In this document: positions 51,181 through 61,977 of the stretch, piece after piece
How the letters are laid out: every line of letters starts with the position of its first letter
Position numbering within the stretch: the first letter of the stretch is position 1
Assembly: GCA_037441285.1 (NCBI GenBank)
Contig: JBBISL010000001.1
Coordinates: forward strand, 13,880-77,879
DNA from: a candidate division WOR-3 bacterium
GTDB taxonomy: Bacteria; Hydrothermota; Tepidihabitantia; Tepidihabitantales; Tepidihabitantaceae
Length of the DNA: 64,000 nt
Direction of reading: 5' to 3'
The notes under the pieces: model-generated
Seen by the model: the letters and a program-made list of their open reading frames with translations, nothing else
What the model was told of the DNA's origin: nothing
Databases searched by the model: none
Position numbers and translations under genes: made by a program

Positions 51181-52881
51181 GTGATTATGAAAAAAAGGGG
51201 TGAACATAAAGTGAAAGGTTTACGGGAAGGATTGATAAAGAGAAAAAATAAGAGAAGTTTAAAAATTAAGGAAGATACCTTAGAGTCTAATCCGCCGGAC
51301 TGGTTGGAGGTTGTTTATAAAAAAGCGGCGATAGATAAACAAATCACCTATGACGAACTGGAAGAGTTGTTACCCGATGAGGTGTTGACCGCCCCAGAAA
51401 AACTTGAAGAACTTATTGCCGATTTGGACCGGAATGGGATTCAGATGACCGAGAGCCATACACCGGAAGAAGATGTGATGATACCCCGGCGCGGTCCTAA
51501 ACCGGTAATTCAAAGGACCGACGACCCTACCAAGGCATACTTTCGGGAACTGGCAAAGTTGCCCTTGCTATCACGGGATGAAGAGGTTAAGTACTCCCGC
51601 GAAATGGAGGAGGGATACAATAGTCTGATTCAGTATTTGTTTGAACCGATAGCAATGATGAAGCGGTTGGTTGAGGATTGCAAATCAATTGAAGAGGGAA
51701 CCCGGTCTCTGGACCAGGTGGCACGGGTCGAATTCGAATGTCTCTTTGACAAAAAGGCGCTTGCCAAGGAACAGAAAGCGTTTGTGCGAAGGGTACGGGA
51801 GGTGGGAAGAATTGCCGAAGAGATAGAAAAGTTAGAGAAGGGCGGTTCGTCTCCTCGAAAAAAGACGCAGATCAAAGAACTGCGCAGTCGAGTCATCAAA
51901 CGTATTCAGGAAATGTCGCTGCAGCATCATATTATCAACAACTTCCTGAACGAATTCAAATCGGTTGCCCAAAATGTTCTGACACTACGCGACCAATTGC
52001 GTCGGTTAGAAGAGGAAAGGAAAGGGAAAAGTGAAGAGGCGCGAGAGTTAAAAAAGCAGCTCAGAAACACCGCTGGCTTTCTGGGGAAGAAGACCTCGGC
52101 GCAAATCAAGCGGATGCTCCAGGCAATGGCTGAGTACGAACGACAGATTTTGTCCGCCCGGGACCGAATGATTGAAGGCAATGTACGCCTTGTGATTTCC
52201 ATCGCCAAACGGTATGTTAATCGCGGTCTGGAGTTTGCTGACCTGTTAGAAGAAGGCAATGTGGGATTAATCAAAGCGGTTGAGAAGTTTAATTACCGTA
52301 AAGGGTTTAAGTTTTCTACTTATGCAACATGGTGGATAAAACAGGCGATTACCAGGGCAATTGCTGACCAATCCCGAACGGTAAGAGTTCCTGCCCATAT
52401 TATCGACGCAATCAACAAGGTAGCAAAGGTGCAGAGGCGCTTTCTTCAGTCCTGCGGTCGGGAAGCGACCATTGCCGAACTGGCGCAGCGACTTTCGACG
52501 CCGAAGGAAAAACTGGAGGCGTTAGAAAAAATTGCGCAATTTGGGGTTTCGATTGATAAACCGATTGATGAGGAAGAGTCAAGCTTTATCGGCGACTTTT
52601 TGTACGACGACAAAACTGTTTCCCCTTCCCATGATGCTGCCGTTAAACTGTTAGGCGAAAAACTGGAAGAAGCGTTAAAAACATTGACGCTCCGCGAGGA
52701 GAAAGTTCTTCGTCTCCGGTTTGGCTTAGGAGATGGACAACCCCGAACCCTGGAAGAGGTTGGTCAAATATTCAATATCACCCGGGAAAGGGTACGGCAG
52801 ATTGAATCCAAAGCACTACGGAAACTACGGCATCCCTTAAGAATCGGTGAGCTTTCAGAATTGATCAAGTTGCTGCGATGA
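51181..52881 (+). CDS. rpoD: Primary sigma factor sigma70
   Basis: Region 1.1 and non-conserved insert, [27 protein letters not shown] and [18 protein letters not shown]. Confidence 0.96.
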   Translation: MIMKKRGEHKVKGLREGLIKRKNKRSLKIKEDTLESNPPDWLEVVYKKAAIDKQITYDELEELLPDEVLTAPEKLEELIADLDRNGIQMTESHTPEEDVMIPRRGPKPVIQRTDDPTKAYFRELAKLPLLSRDEEVKYSREMEEGYNSLIQYLFEPIAMMKRLVEDCKSIEEGTRSLDQVARVEFECLFDKKALAKEQKAFVRRVREVGRIAEEIEKLEKGGSSPRKKTQIKELRSRVIKRIQEMSLQHHIINNFLNEFKSVAQNVLTLRDQLRRLEEERKGKSEEARELKKQLRNTAGFLGKKTSAQIKRMLQAMAEYERQILSARDRMIEGNVRLVISIAKRYVNRGLEFADLLEEGNVGLIKAVEKFNYRKGFKFSTYATWWIKQAITRAIADQSRTVRVPAHIIDAINKVAKVQRRFLQSCGREATIAELAQRLSTPKEKLEALEKIAQFGVSIDKPIDEEESSFIGDFLYDDKTVSPSHDAAVKLLGEKLEEALKTLTLREEKVLRLRFGLGDGQPRTLEEVGQIFNITRERVRQIESKALRKLRHPLRIGELSELIKLLR

Positions 52882-53351
52882 CCCGCATCGGATTAATATC
52901 AGACACACACGACAACCTTGATCGGGTTCGTTCCGCAGTGAAGTTGTTCAACGAATTACCGGTGGAACAGGTGTTCCATTGTGGGGATCTGGTAGCACCA
53001 TTTGTGCTGAAGGAGTTCAAACCGCTCGCCGTTCCTTTGCTGGTTGTACTTGGTAATTGCGATGGTGACCGTGTGGCATTAAAAGAGGTCGCCAAACAAA
53101 TGGGGTTTGCTATTTTTGATACCCAGGCCGAACTATCAATTGCCAATAGAAAAATTTGCATCACGCACCAACCGCTAAACCCCGTTCCCCGCTGTGATTT
53201 TTACATTCATGGACACACCCATCGCATCCGTTACGAACCGGGGAGTCCGATAATCGTTAATCCGGGAGAAGCGGGTGGGTGGCTAACAAATCGCAGCACG
53301 ATTGCGACGCTTAACATCGAGACCGGCGAAGTTGAATTTCTTGACCTGTGA
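52878..53351 (+). CDS. YfcE/MJ0936-family metallophosphoesterase
   Basis: SDTHDN, HCGD, GNCD, HGHTH and NPGE motifs. Confidence 0.9.
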   Translation: MTRIGLISDTHDNLDRVRSAVKLFNELPVEQVFHCGDLVAPFVLKEFKPLAVPLLVVLGNCDGDRVALKEVAKQMGFAIFDTQAELSIANRKICITHQPLNPVPRCDFYIHGHTHRIRYEPGSPIIVNPGEAGGWLTNRSTIATLNIETGEVEFLDL

Positions 53352-54079
53352 AAGCATCGCTCCAACAAAGATTGCCTGCCGGTCTCTATGTAGTTTCAAC
53401 CCCGATTGGCAATTTGGGAGATATTACGCAACGGGCGCTCGAAGTTCTTGCAAAAGCCGATGTAATTGCCTGTGAAGATACCAGACGCACCGGATTACTT
53501 TTGACTCATTTCGGGATAAAAAATCGTCTGGTGTCTTACCATGAATACAACAAGTTGCGCCAGACCCCAGAGATTATTAAGTTATTGGCAGAAGACAAGG
53601 CGGTTGCCCTGGTAAGCGATGCTGGGACACCGGGAATTTCCGACCCCGGGTTTTATCTAATTCGCGAAGCGATTGAACAGGGATTCCGAATTTTCCCGGT
53701 ACCCGGGGCATCGGCTTTACTGGCGGCACTGGTAATATCAGGGTTGCCGTCGGACCGATTTGCTTTTGAAGGCTTTTTACCCAAAAGAGCCGGACGCAGG
53801 CAGAAACGATTGAAGGCATTGGCGCGGGAGCCCAGAACAATGATTTTCTGTGAATCAGCGTTACGAGTTAAACAATCTCTCGAAGAAATGAGAACCCTGT
53901 GGGGCGAAAGGAAAGCAGTTTTGTGTCGGGAATTAACAAAGAAATTCGAGGAAGTAATACGGGGTACACTCTCAGAAATTTTGGAGAAAATCGGGACACG
54001 AGAGTTAAAAGGTGAAGTTGTTGTTGTTGTCGCAGGTACAGGGTTAAAGTTCGATACGATTTATGAAGAACCAGACTAA
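53348..54079 (+). CDS. rsmI: 16S rRNA Cm1402 methyltransferase
   Basis: TPIGNLGDIT, ACEDTR, SDAGTPGISDPG and RELTKKFEE motifs. Confidence 0.96.
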   Translation: MKASLQQRLPAGLYVVSTPIGNLGDITQRALEVLAKADVIACEDTRRTGLLLTHFGIKNRLVSYHEYNKLRQTPEIIKLLAEDKAVALVSDAGTPGISDPGFYLIREAIEQGFRIFPVPGASALLAALVISGLPSDRFAFEGFLPKRAGRRQKRLKALAREPRTMIFCESALRVKQSLEEMRTLWGERKAVLCRELTKKFEEVIRGTLSEILEKIGTRELKGEVVVVVAGTGLKFDTIYEEPD

Positions 54080-54641
54080 AGAACAGGGAAGAAAATTACT
54101 GAGGCCGTTAGTTTATTTGCTGGCACGACTTGGTATACCACCAACTGCGGTGACCTTGACCGCGATTCCGCTGAGTGTTTTAGCCGCTTGGCTTTTTGCC
54201 TCGGGACAATTTTTCTGGGCCGGTTTACTGGTAATATGCATCGGGCTTTGTGATACGCTTGATGGTGAGTTATCCCGAAGGACTGGAAAGGTTTCCCAAA
54301 CGGGTGCTTTGCTGGATTCCACGGTTGACCGCTTTAGCGAAGGTGTAGTTTGGGCTGGAATCGGCTGGTATTACGGACTAAAAAACCACTGGGGAACTCT
54401 GGCGGTTTTTGGGGCACTAATATTTTCTTATCTGGTGAGTTATGTTAGAGCCCGGGCTGAAGGTATTGGTAAACAGTGCCAGGTCGGTTTATTTGAACGC
54501 CCGATACGGGTTATGATAATGGTGTTTGGGGCATTAATACTGAAGGAAAAACTGTTTGTCTGGGCAATAGTAGTGATTGCACTGGGCTCTTTGGTAACAT
54601 TTATCCACCGAGTCTTTTTTGTTTTGAAACAACGCAGTTAA
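54063..54641 (+). CDS. CDP-alcohol phosphatidyltransferase family protein
   Basis: DTLDGELSR....S..GALLDSTVDR signature and SYVRARAE. Confidence 0.92.
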   Translation: MKNQTKEQGRKLLRPLVYLLARLGIPPTAVTLTAIPLSVLAAWLFASGQFFWAGLLVICIGLCDTLDGELSRRTGKVSQTGALLDSTVDRFSEGVVWAGIGWYYGLKNHWGTLAVFGALIFSYLVSYVRARAEGIGKQCQVGLFERPIRVMIMVFGALILKEKLFVWAIVVIALGSLVTFIHRVFFVLKQRS

Positions 54642-55891
54642 TGAGTACCCGAATTTTGCTAATTGCTGTAATAAAAACGGGCCGGCAGCGGTGGCAAAAG
54701 ATGGAGGCACTCGACGAGCTGGCAGCGCTGACCAGGACTTCTGGGGGCGATGTTGTCGAACGGCTCGTGCAAGTGCGCCCTCATATTGACCCGGCAACAC
54801 TAATAGGTAAAGGCAAAGCGTTAGAAATCAGGAACTTGTGTCATCAATATGAAATTCAACTGGTAATATTTGATGATGAGTTAACTGCTACCCAATTGCG
54901 AAACCTCGAGGAAATCATCGGCGTAAGGGTAATCGACCGAACCGCGGTGATTCTGGACATCTTTGCACTTCATGCCCGAACCGCTGAGGCGAAAGTTCAG
55001 GTCGAACTCGCCCAGCTCGAATATATCAAAACGAGATTAACCGGTTTAGGGGTAGCGATGTCCCGATTAGGGGGTGGTATCGGAACCAGAGGTCCTGGAG
55101 AAACAAAACTTGAAATTGACCGGCGGCGAATTGAACACCGAATTACGGTGTTGCGGCGGCAGCTGAAGAAGATTGAGCAGGAGCGAGCAGTACAGCGGAA
55201 ACATCGCAATAATGTTATTCAATTAACCCTTGCCGGTTACACAAATGCCGGCAAGTCAACATTATTTAATCGTTTAACCAATTCTCAAGTAAAAGTTTCC
55301 GAACAACTGTTTGCGACTCTGGATGCCAGCACCCGGATGTTGCCCTGGCAGCGCGGTGTTCCGGTTGTACTTACCGATACAGTGGGATTTATCCGCAATC
55401 TTCCTGCTCAGTTAGTTGCAAGTTTTCGTTCAACCCTGGCAGAGATTAAAGACGCCGATTTGATAATTCATGTTGCTGATGCCAGTGATGCCTTAGTCGA
55501 GCAAAGAATTGATGTCGTTAACGATACGCTCCGTACTATCGGCGCGTGGGGAAAACCCATCATTCTCACTTTTAATAAAATTGATCGACTTTTTGACGAT
55601 ATTATGCTGCGACGCTTAAAAGAACATTATCCGGATGCGGTTTTTATTTCTGCCGTCACCGGTGCTGGAATTGATGAGTTGACAAAACGCATTGCCACTT
55701 TTTTAGATAGCCAGCTGGTTGTGCGAAGGTTTACCGTGCCCAATGAACGCTGGGATCTGATAACCCGGATAATCAGCAGTGGAAAGGTTGTTAGTGATGT
55801 TGAAGTTGACGGTAAACGCCGATTCCGGGTCAAAGGATTACCGGGCGAACTTGCCCGCTTACGCAAACAGATAAATACGGCGCTAAAGTAA
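54641..55891 (+). CDS. hflX: Ribosome-splitting GTPase HflX
   Basis: GPGETKLEIDRR, GYTNAGKST, LFATLD, DTVGFI and NKID motifs. Confidence 0.97.
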   Translation: MSTRILLIAVIKTGRQRWQKMEALDELAALTRTSGGDVVERLVQVRPHIDPATLIGKGKALEIRNLCHQYEIQLVIFDDELTATQLRNLEEIIGVRVIDRTAVILDIFALHARTAEAKVQVELAQLEYIKTRLTGLGVAMSRLGGGIGTRGPGETKLEIDRRRIEHRITVLRRQLKKIEQERAVQRKHRNNVIQLTLAGYTNAGKSTLFNRLTNSQVKVSEQLFATLDASTRMLPWQRGVPVVLTDTVGFIRNLPAQLVASFRSTLAEIKDADLIIHVADASDALVEQRIDVVNDTLRTIGAWGKPIILTFNKIDRLFDDIMLRRLKEHYPDAVFISAVTGAGIDELTKRIATFLDSQLVVRRFTVPNERWDLITRIISSGKVVSDVEVDGKRRFRVKGLPGELARLRKQINTALK

Positions 55892-55903
55892 CTTTAGCGC
55901 CGT
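55877..55903. terminator. Perfect 13-bp inverted repeat over the hflX stop codon, probable bidirectional terminator
   Basis: ACGGCGCTAAAGT-A-ACTTTAGCGCCGT between convergent hflX and ferredoxin genes. Confidence 0.6.
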
Positions 55904-55947
55904 TCGGTTGAACTATTATATTTTAGGGCTTGGCGTTACAGTGCAAT

Positions 55948-56133
55948 CTATTCAACCTTAATAGCACTTGCCGGACAGTCTTCTGCTGCCTGCTGCACGC
56001 ACTCTTCTGCTCCTGCCGGAACTTCATCGACTTTCACTTTCGCAAAGTCGCCTTCCAGTTCAAATACATCGGGACAGGAGTCGGCACAGAGCCCGCAACC
56101 GGTGCACAGTTCCTTATCGACCGTTACTTTCAC
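55948..56133 (-). CDS. Single-cluster [4Fe-4S] ferredoxin
   Basis: CTGCGLCADSCP...AAEDCP. GTG start at 56133 after AGGAGG. Confidence 0.92.
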   Translation of the reverse strand: MKVTVDKELCTGCGLCADSCPDVFELEGDFAKVKVDEVPAGAEECVQQAAEDCPASAIKVE

Positions 56134-56193
56134 TTTTTCCTCCTTTATTTTTGCCTTCAATCTAATAGCGAAAAAAACGCATTTGTCAAGAAA

Positions 56194-57292
56194 TTATTGG
56201 GTACTTTGTTTCAGGGTTAAAAAAGCATGTACAAACCCTTCGATATGGCCATCGAGCACTGCAGCCACATCATGGGTTTCAAATCCGGTTCGATGGTCTT
56301 TTACCAGTTGATAAGGGAATAAAACATAAGACCTAATCTGGTGACCCCAGGCAATGTCGGTTTTTGCCGAAGTAAATTTTTGCATCTCGGCTTCCTGTTT
56401 CCTTTTGTAGTGGTCGTAGAGTCGCGAGCGGAGAACTTTGAGGGCATTCTGTTTGTTTTGAAATTGGGAGCGTTCATTTTGACAGGTAACAATGATACCG
56501 GTCGGAATATGGGTAATGCGCACTGCAGAACTTACTTTATTCACATTCTGTCCACCATGACCACCAGCGCGAAATGTTTCAATTTTCAGGTCCTGGGGAT
56601 TGATATCCACCTCAATTTCATCGGCTACGGGTAGTACAGTTACGGCAGCAAAACTGGTATGGCGCCGCTGATTGGCATCGAATGGTGAAATCCGCACCAA
56701 CCGATGCACACCCATTTCTGATTTCAAAAGTCCATAAGCGTAAGGGCCGGTAATCTCAATAGTGGCATCTTTTATCCCTGCTTCTTCGTTGGGTTGGTAG
56801 TCGAGGATTTGGTATTTCAACCCCTGATTTTCAATATAATGGATATAGAGACGGAGGAGCATTTCTGCCCAGTCGCACGATTCTGTGCCGCCGGCTCCGG
56901 GGTGGATTGAGAGAATTGCATCTCGGTTATCATCCGGAGAATTGAATAAAGCCCTTTCTTCCAACGCTTCAAGGTGTTGTTCAATGCGATGGATATGTTC
57001 CTGAAGTTCCCGAGAAATCTTTTCGTCATTTTCTGGGGCAAAAAGTTCATCCAATTCCCTGGTTTCCTGTAACTCCTGCTGGAGTCGGTCCACGCGGGTA
57101 ATTAAATCAGTAATCATCGCTATGCGTCGCATCACCGCTTGTGCCCGTTGGGGGTCGTTCCAGAAATCTGGTCGAGAAACCTCTTTGTTTAGTTGAACGA
57201 GTTCGGCACGCCGATGCTCAATCTCAAAGAAACTCCGCAAGTTTCTTTAATCTGCTCTCCAGGAATTCTATTTGTTCAGCAGTAATGCTCAC
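56194..57292 (-). CDS. prfB: Peptide chain release factor 2 with programmed +1 frameshift
   Basis: SPF and GGQ motifs. The upstream ORF from GTG 57292 ends ...GCGGAG TTT CTT TGA (57229-57224), and a +1 shift continues in the long frame. Confidence 0.95.
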
Positions 57293-57298
57293 TGAATG

Positions 57299-57517
57299 TT
57301 ATTTATTTTTCCGGGGCTCGCTTTGACCGTAGCGGCGGCGGAATTTTTCGACGCGGCCAGCCGTATCAACAATTTTCTGTTTACCGGTAAAGAAGGGATG
57401 ACAGGCTGAGCAGATTTCGACATGGAGTTTCTGTTTCGTGGAGCGGGTCTTAAAGGTGTTACCACAGGCACAGGTTACAATGCACTCACCATACTTGGGG
57501 TGAATTTTAGGTTTCAT
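57299..57517 (-). CDS. rpmE: 50S ribosomal protein L31 (zinc-binding type)
   Basis: [23 protein letters not shown] and GRVEKF motifs. Confidence 0.97.
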   Translation of the reverse strand: MKPKIHPKYGECIVTCACGNTFKTRSTKQKLHVEICSACHPFFTGKQKIVDTAGRVEKFRRRYGQSEPRKNK

Positions 57518-57529
57518 TGTTTTACTCCT

Positions 57530-58801
57530 TTAACTTTCACTCATTGATTCTAAGAACTCTTTATTATTACGGGTCAATCGCATTTTGTCAAGAACGAATT
57601 CCATCATCTCCACCGGATTGAGTTCAGCAAGGAGTTTGCGCAACACCCAGATGCGATTTAGTTCGAATTCCGTAAGCAAAAGTTCCTCTTTACGGGTCCC
57701 GGAACGTTGCAGGTCAATTGCCGGAAAGATGCGCCGGTCAGCAAGGCGCCGGTCAAGAATAAGTTCCATATTGCCGGTGCCCTTGAACTCTTCGAAGATA
57801 ACCTCATCCATGCGCGAACCCGTTTCAATTAAAGCGGTGGCAATGATGGTAAGACTGCCACCTTCTTCAATATTACGGGCTGAACCAAAAAACTTTTTAG
57901 GTTTTTGAAGGGCGTTGGAGTCTAAACCGCCCGAGAGGGTTCTGCCTGAATGGGGGACAACAAGATTGTGAGCACGTGCTAAGCGGGTAATGGAGTCGAG
58001 CAAAATCACGACATCGTGTTTATTTTCGACCAGTCGTTTGGCTTTTTCTAAAACCATATCGGCGACTTGGGCATGGCGTTCCGGAACTTCGTCAAAGGTC
58101 GAACTAATAACTTCTGCCTTTACCGAACGTTCCATATCTGTTACCTCTTCGGGTCGTTCATCAATCAGAAGGATAATCAGTTTAATTTCGGGATGGTTAA
58201 CCGTGATGCTATTGGCAATCTTCTGAAGCAGTACCGTTTTCCCAGCACGGGGTGGTGAGACAATGAGGCCTCGCTGCCCTTTGCCAATTGGTGTAAACAG
58301 GTCAACGACACGCATTGAAAGGTCGTTTTGCTGAGGGACCTCAAGTTTAATGCGTTCCTGAGGGTATAGTGGGGTCAGGGCATCAAATGGTATCCTTGGC
58401 CTTTCCGCAGAGAGGGGGATACCATTGATTGTTTCTATTTTTAAGAGCGCGAAATAACGCTCACTGTTTTTCGGGGGACGGGCAAGACCAGTTATTGTGT
58501 CGCCGGTGCGCAGACCAAACCGTTTTATTTGAGAAGGCGAAACGTAGATATCGTCAGAAGAAGGAAGGTAACTGTACTCGGGTGAGCGTAGAAAACCAAA
58601 CCCTTCTTCGAGGATTTCTAAGACGCCATCGACCTGAACACCACCTTCACTTCCTTCGGTTGCTTGCTGTCGTGCTTCGGCTTCGAGTATCGCCATTATC
58701 AGTCCATGTTTCTTCTTATCCCGGTAGTCTGGGATGTTAAGCGACTCTGCAATCTCGTAAAGTTCACTTATTTTCTTATTTTTCAGTTCTTCCTGGGTCA
58801 T
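57530..58801 (-). CDS. rho: Transcription termination factor Rho
   Basis: [40 protein letters not shown] and [11 protein letters not shown] motifs. Confidence 0.98.
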   Translation of the reverse strand: MTQEELKNKKISELYEIAESLNIPDYRDKKKHGLIMAILEAEARQQATEGSEGGVQVDGVLEILEEGFGFLRSPEYSYLPSSDDIYVSPSQIKRFGLRTGDTITGLARPPKNSERYFALLKIETINGIPLSAERPRIPFDALTPLYPQERIKLEVPQQNDLSMRVVDLFTPIGKGQRGLIVSPPRAGKTVLLQKIANSITVNHPEIKLIILLIDERPEEVTDMERSVKAEVISSTFDEVPERHAQVADMVLEKAKRLVENKHDVVILLDSITRLARAHNLVVPHSGRTLSGGLDSNALQKPKKFFGSARNIEEGGSLTIIATALIETGSRMDEVIFEEFKGTGNMELILDRRLADRRIFPAIDLQRSGTRKEELLLTEFELNRIWVLRKLLAELNPVEMMEFVLDKMRLTRNNKEFLESMSES

Positions 58802-59053
58802 AACTTCTCCTTTTGAATTTTATCTCCCGGCAAGAATTTTAGGTGTTAAACGGTCCTTTTACTCCGGATTATTGCCGAGGGCACACATAAGAGTTTTTAA
58901 CATTTATGCTGATTACTATTATAAGGATTTTCCCCCGACTGTCAAGCAAACACAATGCTCAATTGGTAAGACATTAACATAAGGTTTGAATGCTGACATA
59001 TTCGCAGCAAGAGAAAGTTTGCACACTTCTGGAAAGTAAGTTAGAATAAAACG

Positions 59054-59635
59054 GTGTTTAGTTTTCGATTTAACCGTAACATTAAGAGAAACAATGAAGA
59101 TATCGGTTTGGCTGAGAAGATAAGAAGCATTAGGGGAGCACAGCGAAGACGGAGTTACTGGATTAGCATCGTTTTCCTTGCTGGTTGTGCGGTATTAAGT
59201 GGTTTGATTTTCGGACCGGGTTTGAAAAGTAAGGGGTCGGTTTTTCCTCGTCCGACACATCCTGAACCGGTCTACCAGTTGCTGTCTATTAAGGAGGTCC
59301 GGGTCAATAAATTAAAGGGATTAACGGTTTTGGCGCAGACCGCTATTCAACCGGAGGTTGATTCGTTGCAGGTAGTATTAGACTGGATTTTGTATTCGGT
59401 GCTGGACAAGTACAACCGCCAACAGAAAGACCGTATCCGTGTTGTTTGGGTTTATGTTTACAAAGATTCGGTTGAAAATATGGCACAATGGCGAGCAATG
59501 GCAATCTGGGTTGACCCGAAGTTACCCCGAGCCTCCTGGCCGGAAGCAGCACGAATTGGAGGAGATGCAATCAGGAAAGGGGCGGTGGAGTACGATTTTA
59601 CCAATCCTTTGAAAGGCTTGTCGAAAAAGGAGTAG
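59054..59635 (+). CDS. Hypothetical single-TM membrane-anchored protein
   Basis: 193-aa ORF with one hydrophobic segment. Promoter TTGCAC-17-TAGAAT immediately upstream. Confidence 0.65.
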   Translation: MFSFRFNRNIKRNNEDIGLAEKIRSIRGAQRRRSYWISIVFLAGCAVLSGLIFGPGLKSKGSVFPRPTHPEPVYQLLSIKEVRVNKLKGLTVLAQTAIQPEVDSLQVVLDWILYSVLDKYNRQQKDRIRVVWVYVYKDSVENMAQWRAMAIWVDPKLPRASWPEAARIGGDAIRKGAVEYDFTNPLKGLSKKE

Positions 59636-59711
59636 ATTATTCACGGCTAATGATAGAAGGTCCCAAATTTCAAGGAAAATCAACGACACCTTCATAGGAG
59701 GTGATGTTTAT

Positions 59712-60305
59712 ATGAGATGGTGTTGGGTTATGCTGTTAGTCGTTTTCAATGTCCTTGGTGCTCAGACTGTTCAAACTTCAGTAGGGAACGGTAACGCTCC
59801 ATTTGCAAAGGGTTGGCTTGGTATAATTGCAGAAGATATGAGCACGGCAATGCTTATCGCTTTAGGAATCGAACAAGGCGTGCTGATTAGCGATGTAATA
59901 GAGAATAGCCCAGCGGCAAAAGCAGGCATAAGAACAGGAGATGTGGTTGTAGAATTCGATGGCAAGCCAGTTGATGATATTGATAGTTTGCGTAAGATGG
60001 TTCGGGCGCGCCCAGGAGTAGTTGTTGAAATGGTAATTGTCCGACAGCAGAAACGGCTGAAAATAAAGGTCCAAATTGGAAAACGGTCTGGGGTTAGCGG
60101 TAAAACCGAATTCAAGTCGCAGTTTCCTTTACGCGAGATATACCGTTCGCTCCTTGAAATCTTTAAGAAAGTCGAACCGCAGCTGCAGACCGGGAAAAAG
60201 ATGTATGAGCAGTCGCTTGATTCAATTCAGATGGAAATTGAGCGTTTAAAGAAGGAACTGGAAACGTTAAAGAGAAGATTGGAGGCAGAAAAGATAGAAA
60301 GATAA
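59712..60305 (+). CDS. Secreted PDZ-domain protein with C-terminal coiled coil
   Basis: Signal peptide, GWLGI...GVLISDVIENSPAAKAGIRTGDVV PDZ motif. AGGAGG RBS. Confidence 0.85.
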   Translation: MRWCWVMLLVVFNVLGAQTVQTSVGNGNAPFAKGWLGIIAEDMSTAMLIALGIEQGVLISDVIENSPAAKAGIRTGDVVVEFDGKPVDDIDSLRKMVRARPGVVVEMVIVRQQKRLKIKVQIGKRSGVSGKTEFKSQFPLREIYRSLLEIFKKVEPQLQTGKKMYEQSLDSIQMEIERLKKELETLKRRLEAEKIER

Positions 60306-60363
60306 ACAGTTTCAGAGTTGACCTGATAGACCGTTTTGCTATTGTCAATTTAAAGGAGTAGCG

Positions 60364-61962
60364 ATGAAACGAAACTTTGTTTTGCTTTTAGTTTCTGGTC
60401 TGGCGTTGGCAATGCCGCCCAAACCAGGGTTTAAGGGCCCAGTTCCAATCTTTCCACCTGAGGTTGAGGTTCCGGGACCAAATCGACTCAAAGGATATGA
60501 CTTCTGTGAGACGGTTACGATTCTGATGCAGTTCCCAGACAATCGGGCGGACACAATTGAGCACTCACCAGCTCGTTTTGACTCAATGCTGTACTCTACC
60601 GGAGTTTACAACGGACAACCCTATCGAGCCGGTAGTTTAAACGACTTTTTCCTGGAAAACTCTTATGGAAGTTATTCGGTGCGTGGAGGGATTGCCGGGA
60701 ATCGCTGGTTTCTTTCAAACTACAACTATTCCCGTTATTATGATGGTAATTATATGCTTTCTACGGGCGGACAAATGGCACGGGAAAATGTCCAGCAGGT
60801 TGACCAGTTTGTCGATTTTCGCCAGTTTGACCTGAACAATGACGGTTATATTGATGCAATGTTTATGGTTCATGCCGGTGCCGATGGTGCTGACAATGGC
60901 GATGTCAATTGCTGCTGGTCGCACGCAATTCCCTATTTCAATTACCGAACAAACGATGGTGTGACAATCCGAGGGGTAACAAATGTACCAGAATTTGCTA
61001 TGGTTACTCAAACCCGTGAAACAACCCTTTGTTGCATAGCGGTGATGTGTCATGAATTAGGACATCTGGTTGGACTGCCAGACCTTTACGATTATTCGCG
61101 ATACTCCTGGGGTGTTGGTTACTGGGGTTTAATGGGGTATGGTGCATGGGGTGCGGGTGGAAATACACCGTGGAGTCCTGCTCATATGGAGGCGTGGAGT
61201 AAAGTCGAAGCGGGTTTTGTCACACCAATCGTTATAACTCGTGATACATTCAACCTACGGATTGTTGATGTTGAAACAAATCCGGTGGTTTATAAAGTCT
61301 GGCGTAATGGATTAGATTGTGACACCTGTTTTTACCTCGAAAATCGGCAAAAGAAGGGGTTTGATGCACCGTTGCCCTGGTCCGGACTTCTCATCTGGCA
61401 CATTGATCCGGGTGCAGGCTCAATGGATGATGTCGTTGACCTTGAGGAGGATTCAACTAATCATCTGGACCGTGGTAATGGCATTCGTCCGGACCCTCAC
61501 ATCTATCACGAAGCGTTAGGTGATAGTTCAGACCCACTGCCTGGAATCTGGAACCGCCGTGTTTTTGACAACTGGTCCAACCCTTCAAGCCGGGCACGGA
61601 ACAGCCGACCTACCTATGTAAGTGTTCGTAATGTTCAGGAGATTGGTGACACAATTATCTGCGATGTAACAATCGATTCAGCGCCAGCCGGAGTACAAGA
61701 GCAAAAAAGACCGCAAGGGATACTTAAAGCAAACCCGAACCCGTTCTTTAACCAGACATTGATTGAACTCAATTCGGACAAACCTGCTGCAGTGGCAATT
61801 TACAACAGTCTTGGTAAACGAGTCTACCAAGGCGTTGTTCGTAATAGGTTTGTATTGAACGCCCGGGATGGAAAAGGAAATATATTACCCGCAGGTGTTT
61901 ATCTGGTTCGCTTAAAATTGGATGGTTCAGGTGTAAGTTACAAACTTATCCACAAAAATTAA
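60364..61962 (+). CDS. M6 family (immune inhibitor A-like) secreted metalloprotease with C-terminal T9SS-like domain
   Basis: HELGHLVGLPDLYD, WGLMGYGAW and YLENRQKKGFD. C-terminal NPNPF...IYNSLGKRV...PAGVYLVRL. Confidence 0.92.
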   Translation: MKRNFVLLLVSGLALAMPPKPGFKGPVPIFPPEVEVPGPNRLKGYDFCETVTILMQFPDNRADTIEHSPARFDSMLYSTGVYNGQPYRAGSLNDFFLENSYGSYSVRGGIAGNRWFLSNYNYSRYYDGNYMLSTGGQMARENVQQVDQFVDFRQFDLNNDGYIDAMFMVHAGADGADNGDVNCCWSHAIPYFNYRTNDGVTIRGVTNVPEFAMVTQTRETTLCCIAVMCHELGHLVGLPDLYDYSRYSWGVGYWGLMGYGAWGAGGNTPWSPAHMEAWSKVEAGFVTPIVITRDTFNLRIVDVETNPVVYKVWRNGLDCDTCFYLENRQKKGFDAPLPWSGLLIWHIDPGAGSMDDVVDLEEDSTNHLDRGNGIRPDPHIYHEALGDSSDPLPGIWNRRVFDNWSNPSSRARNSRPTYVSVRNVQEIGDTIICDVTIDSAPAGVQEQKRPQGILKANPNPFFNQTLIELNSDKPAAVAIYNSLGKRVYQGVVRNRFVLNARDGKGNILPAGVYLVRLKLDGSGVSYKLIHKN

Positions 61963-61977
61963 AAGAGGAGACGAAAA

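Noticed and set aside
57224-57226. In-frame TGA as selenocysteine or a pseudogene lesion
   Set aside because: It is the standard prfB +1 frameshift stop.
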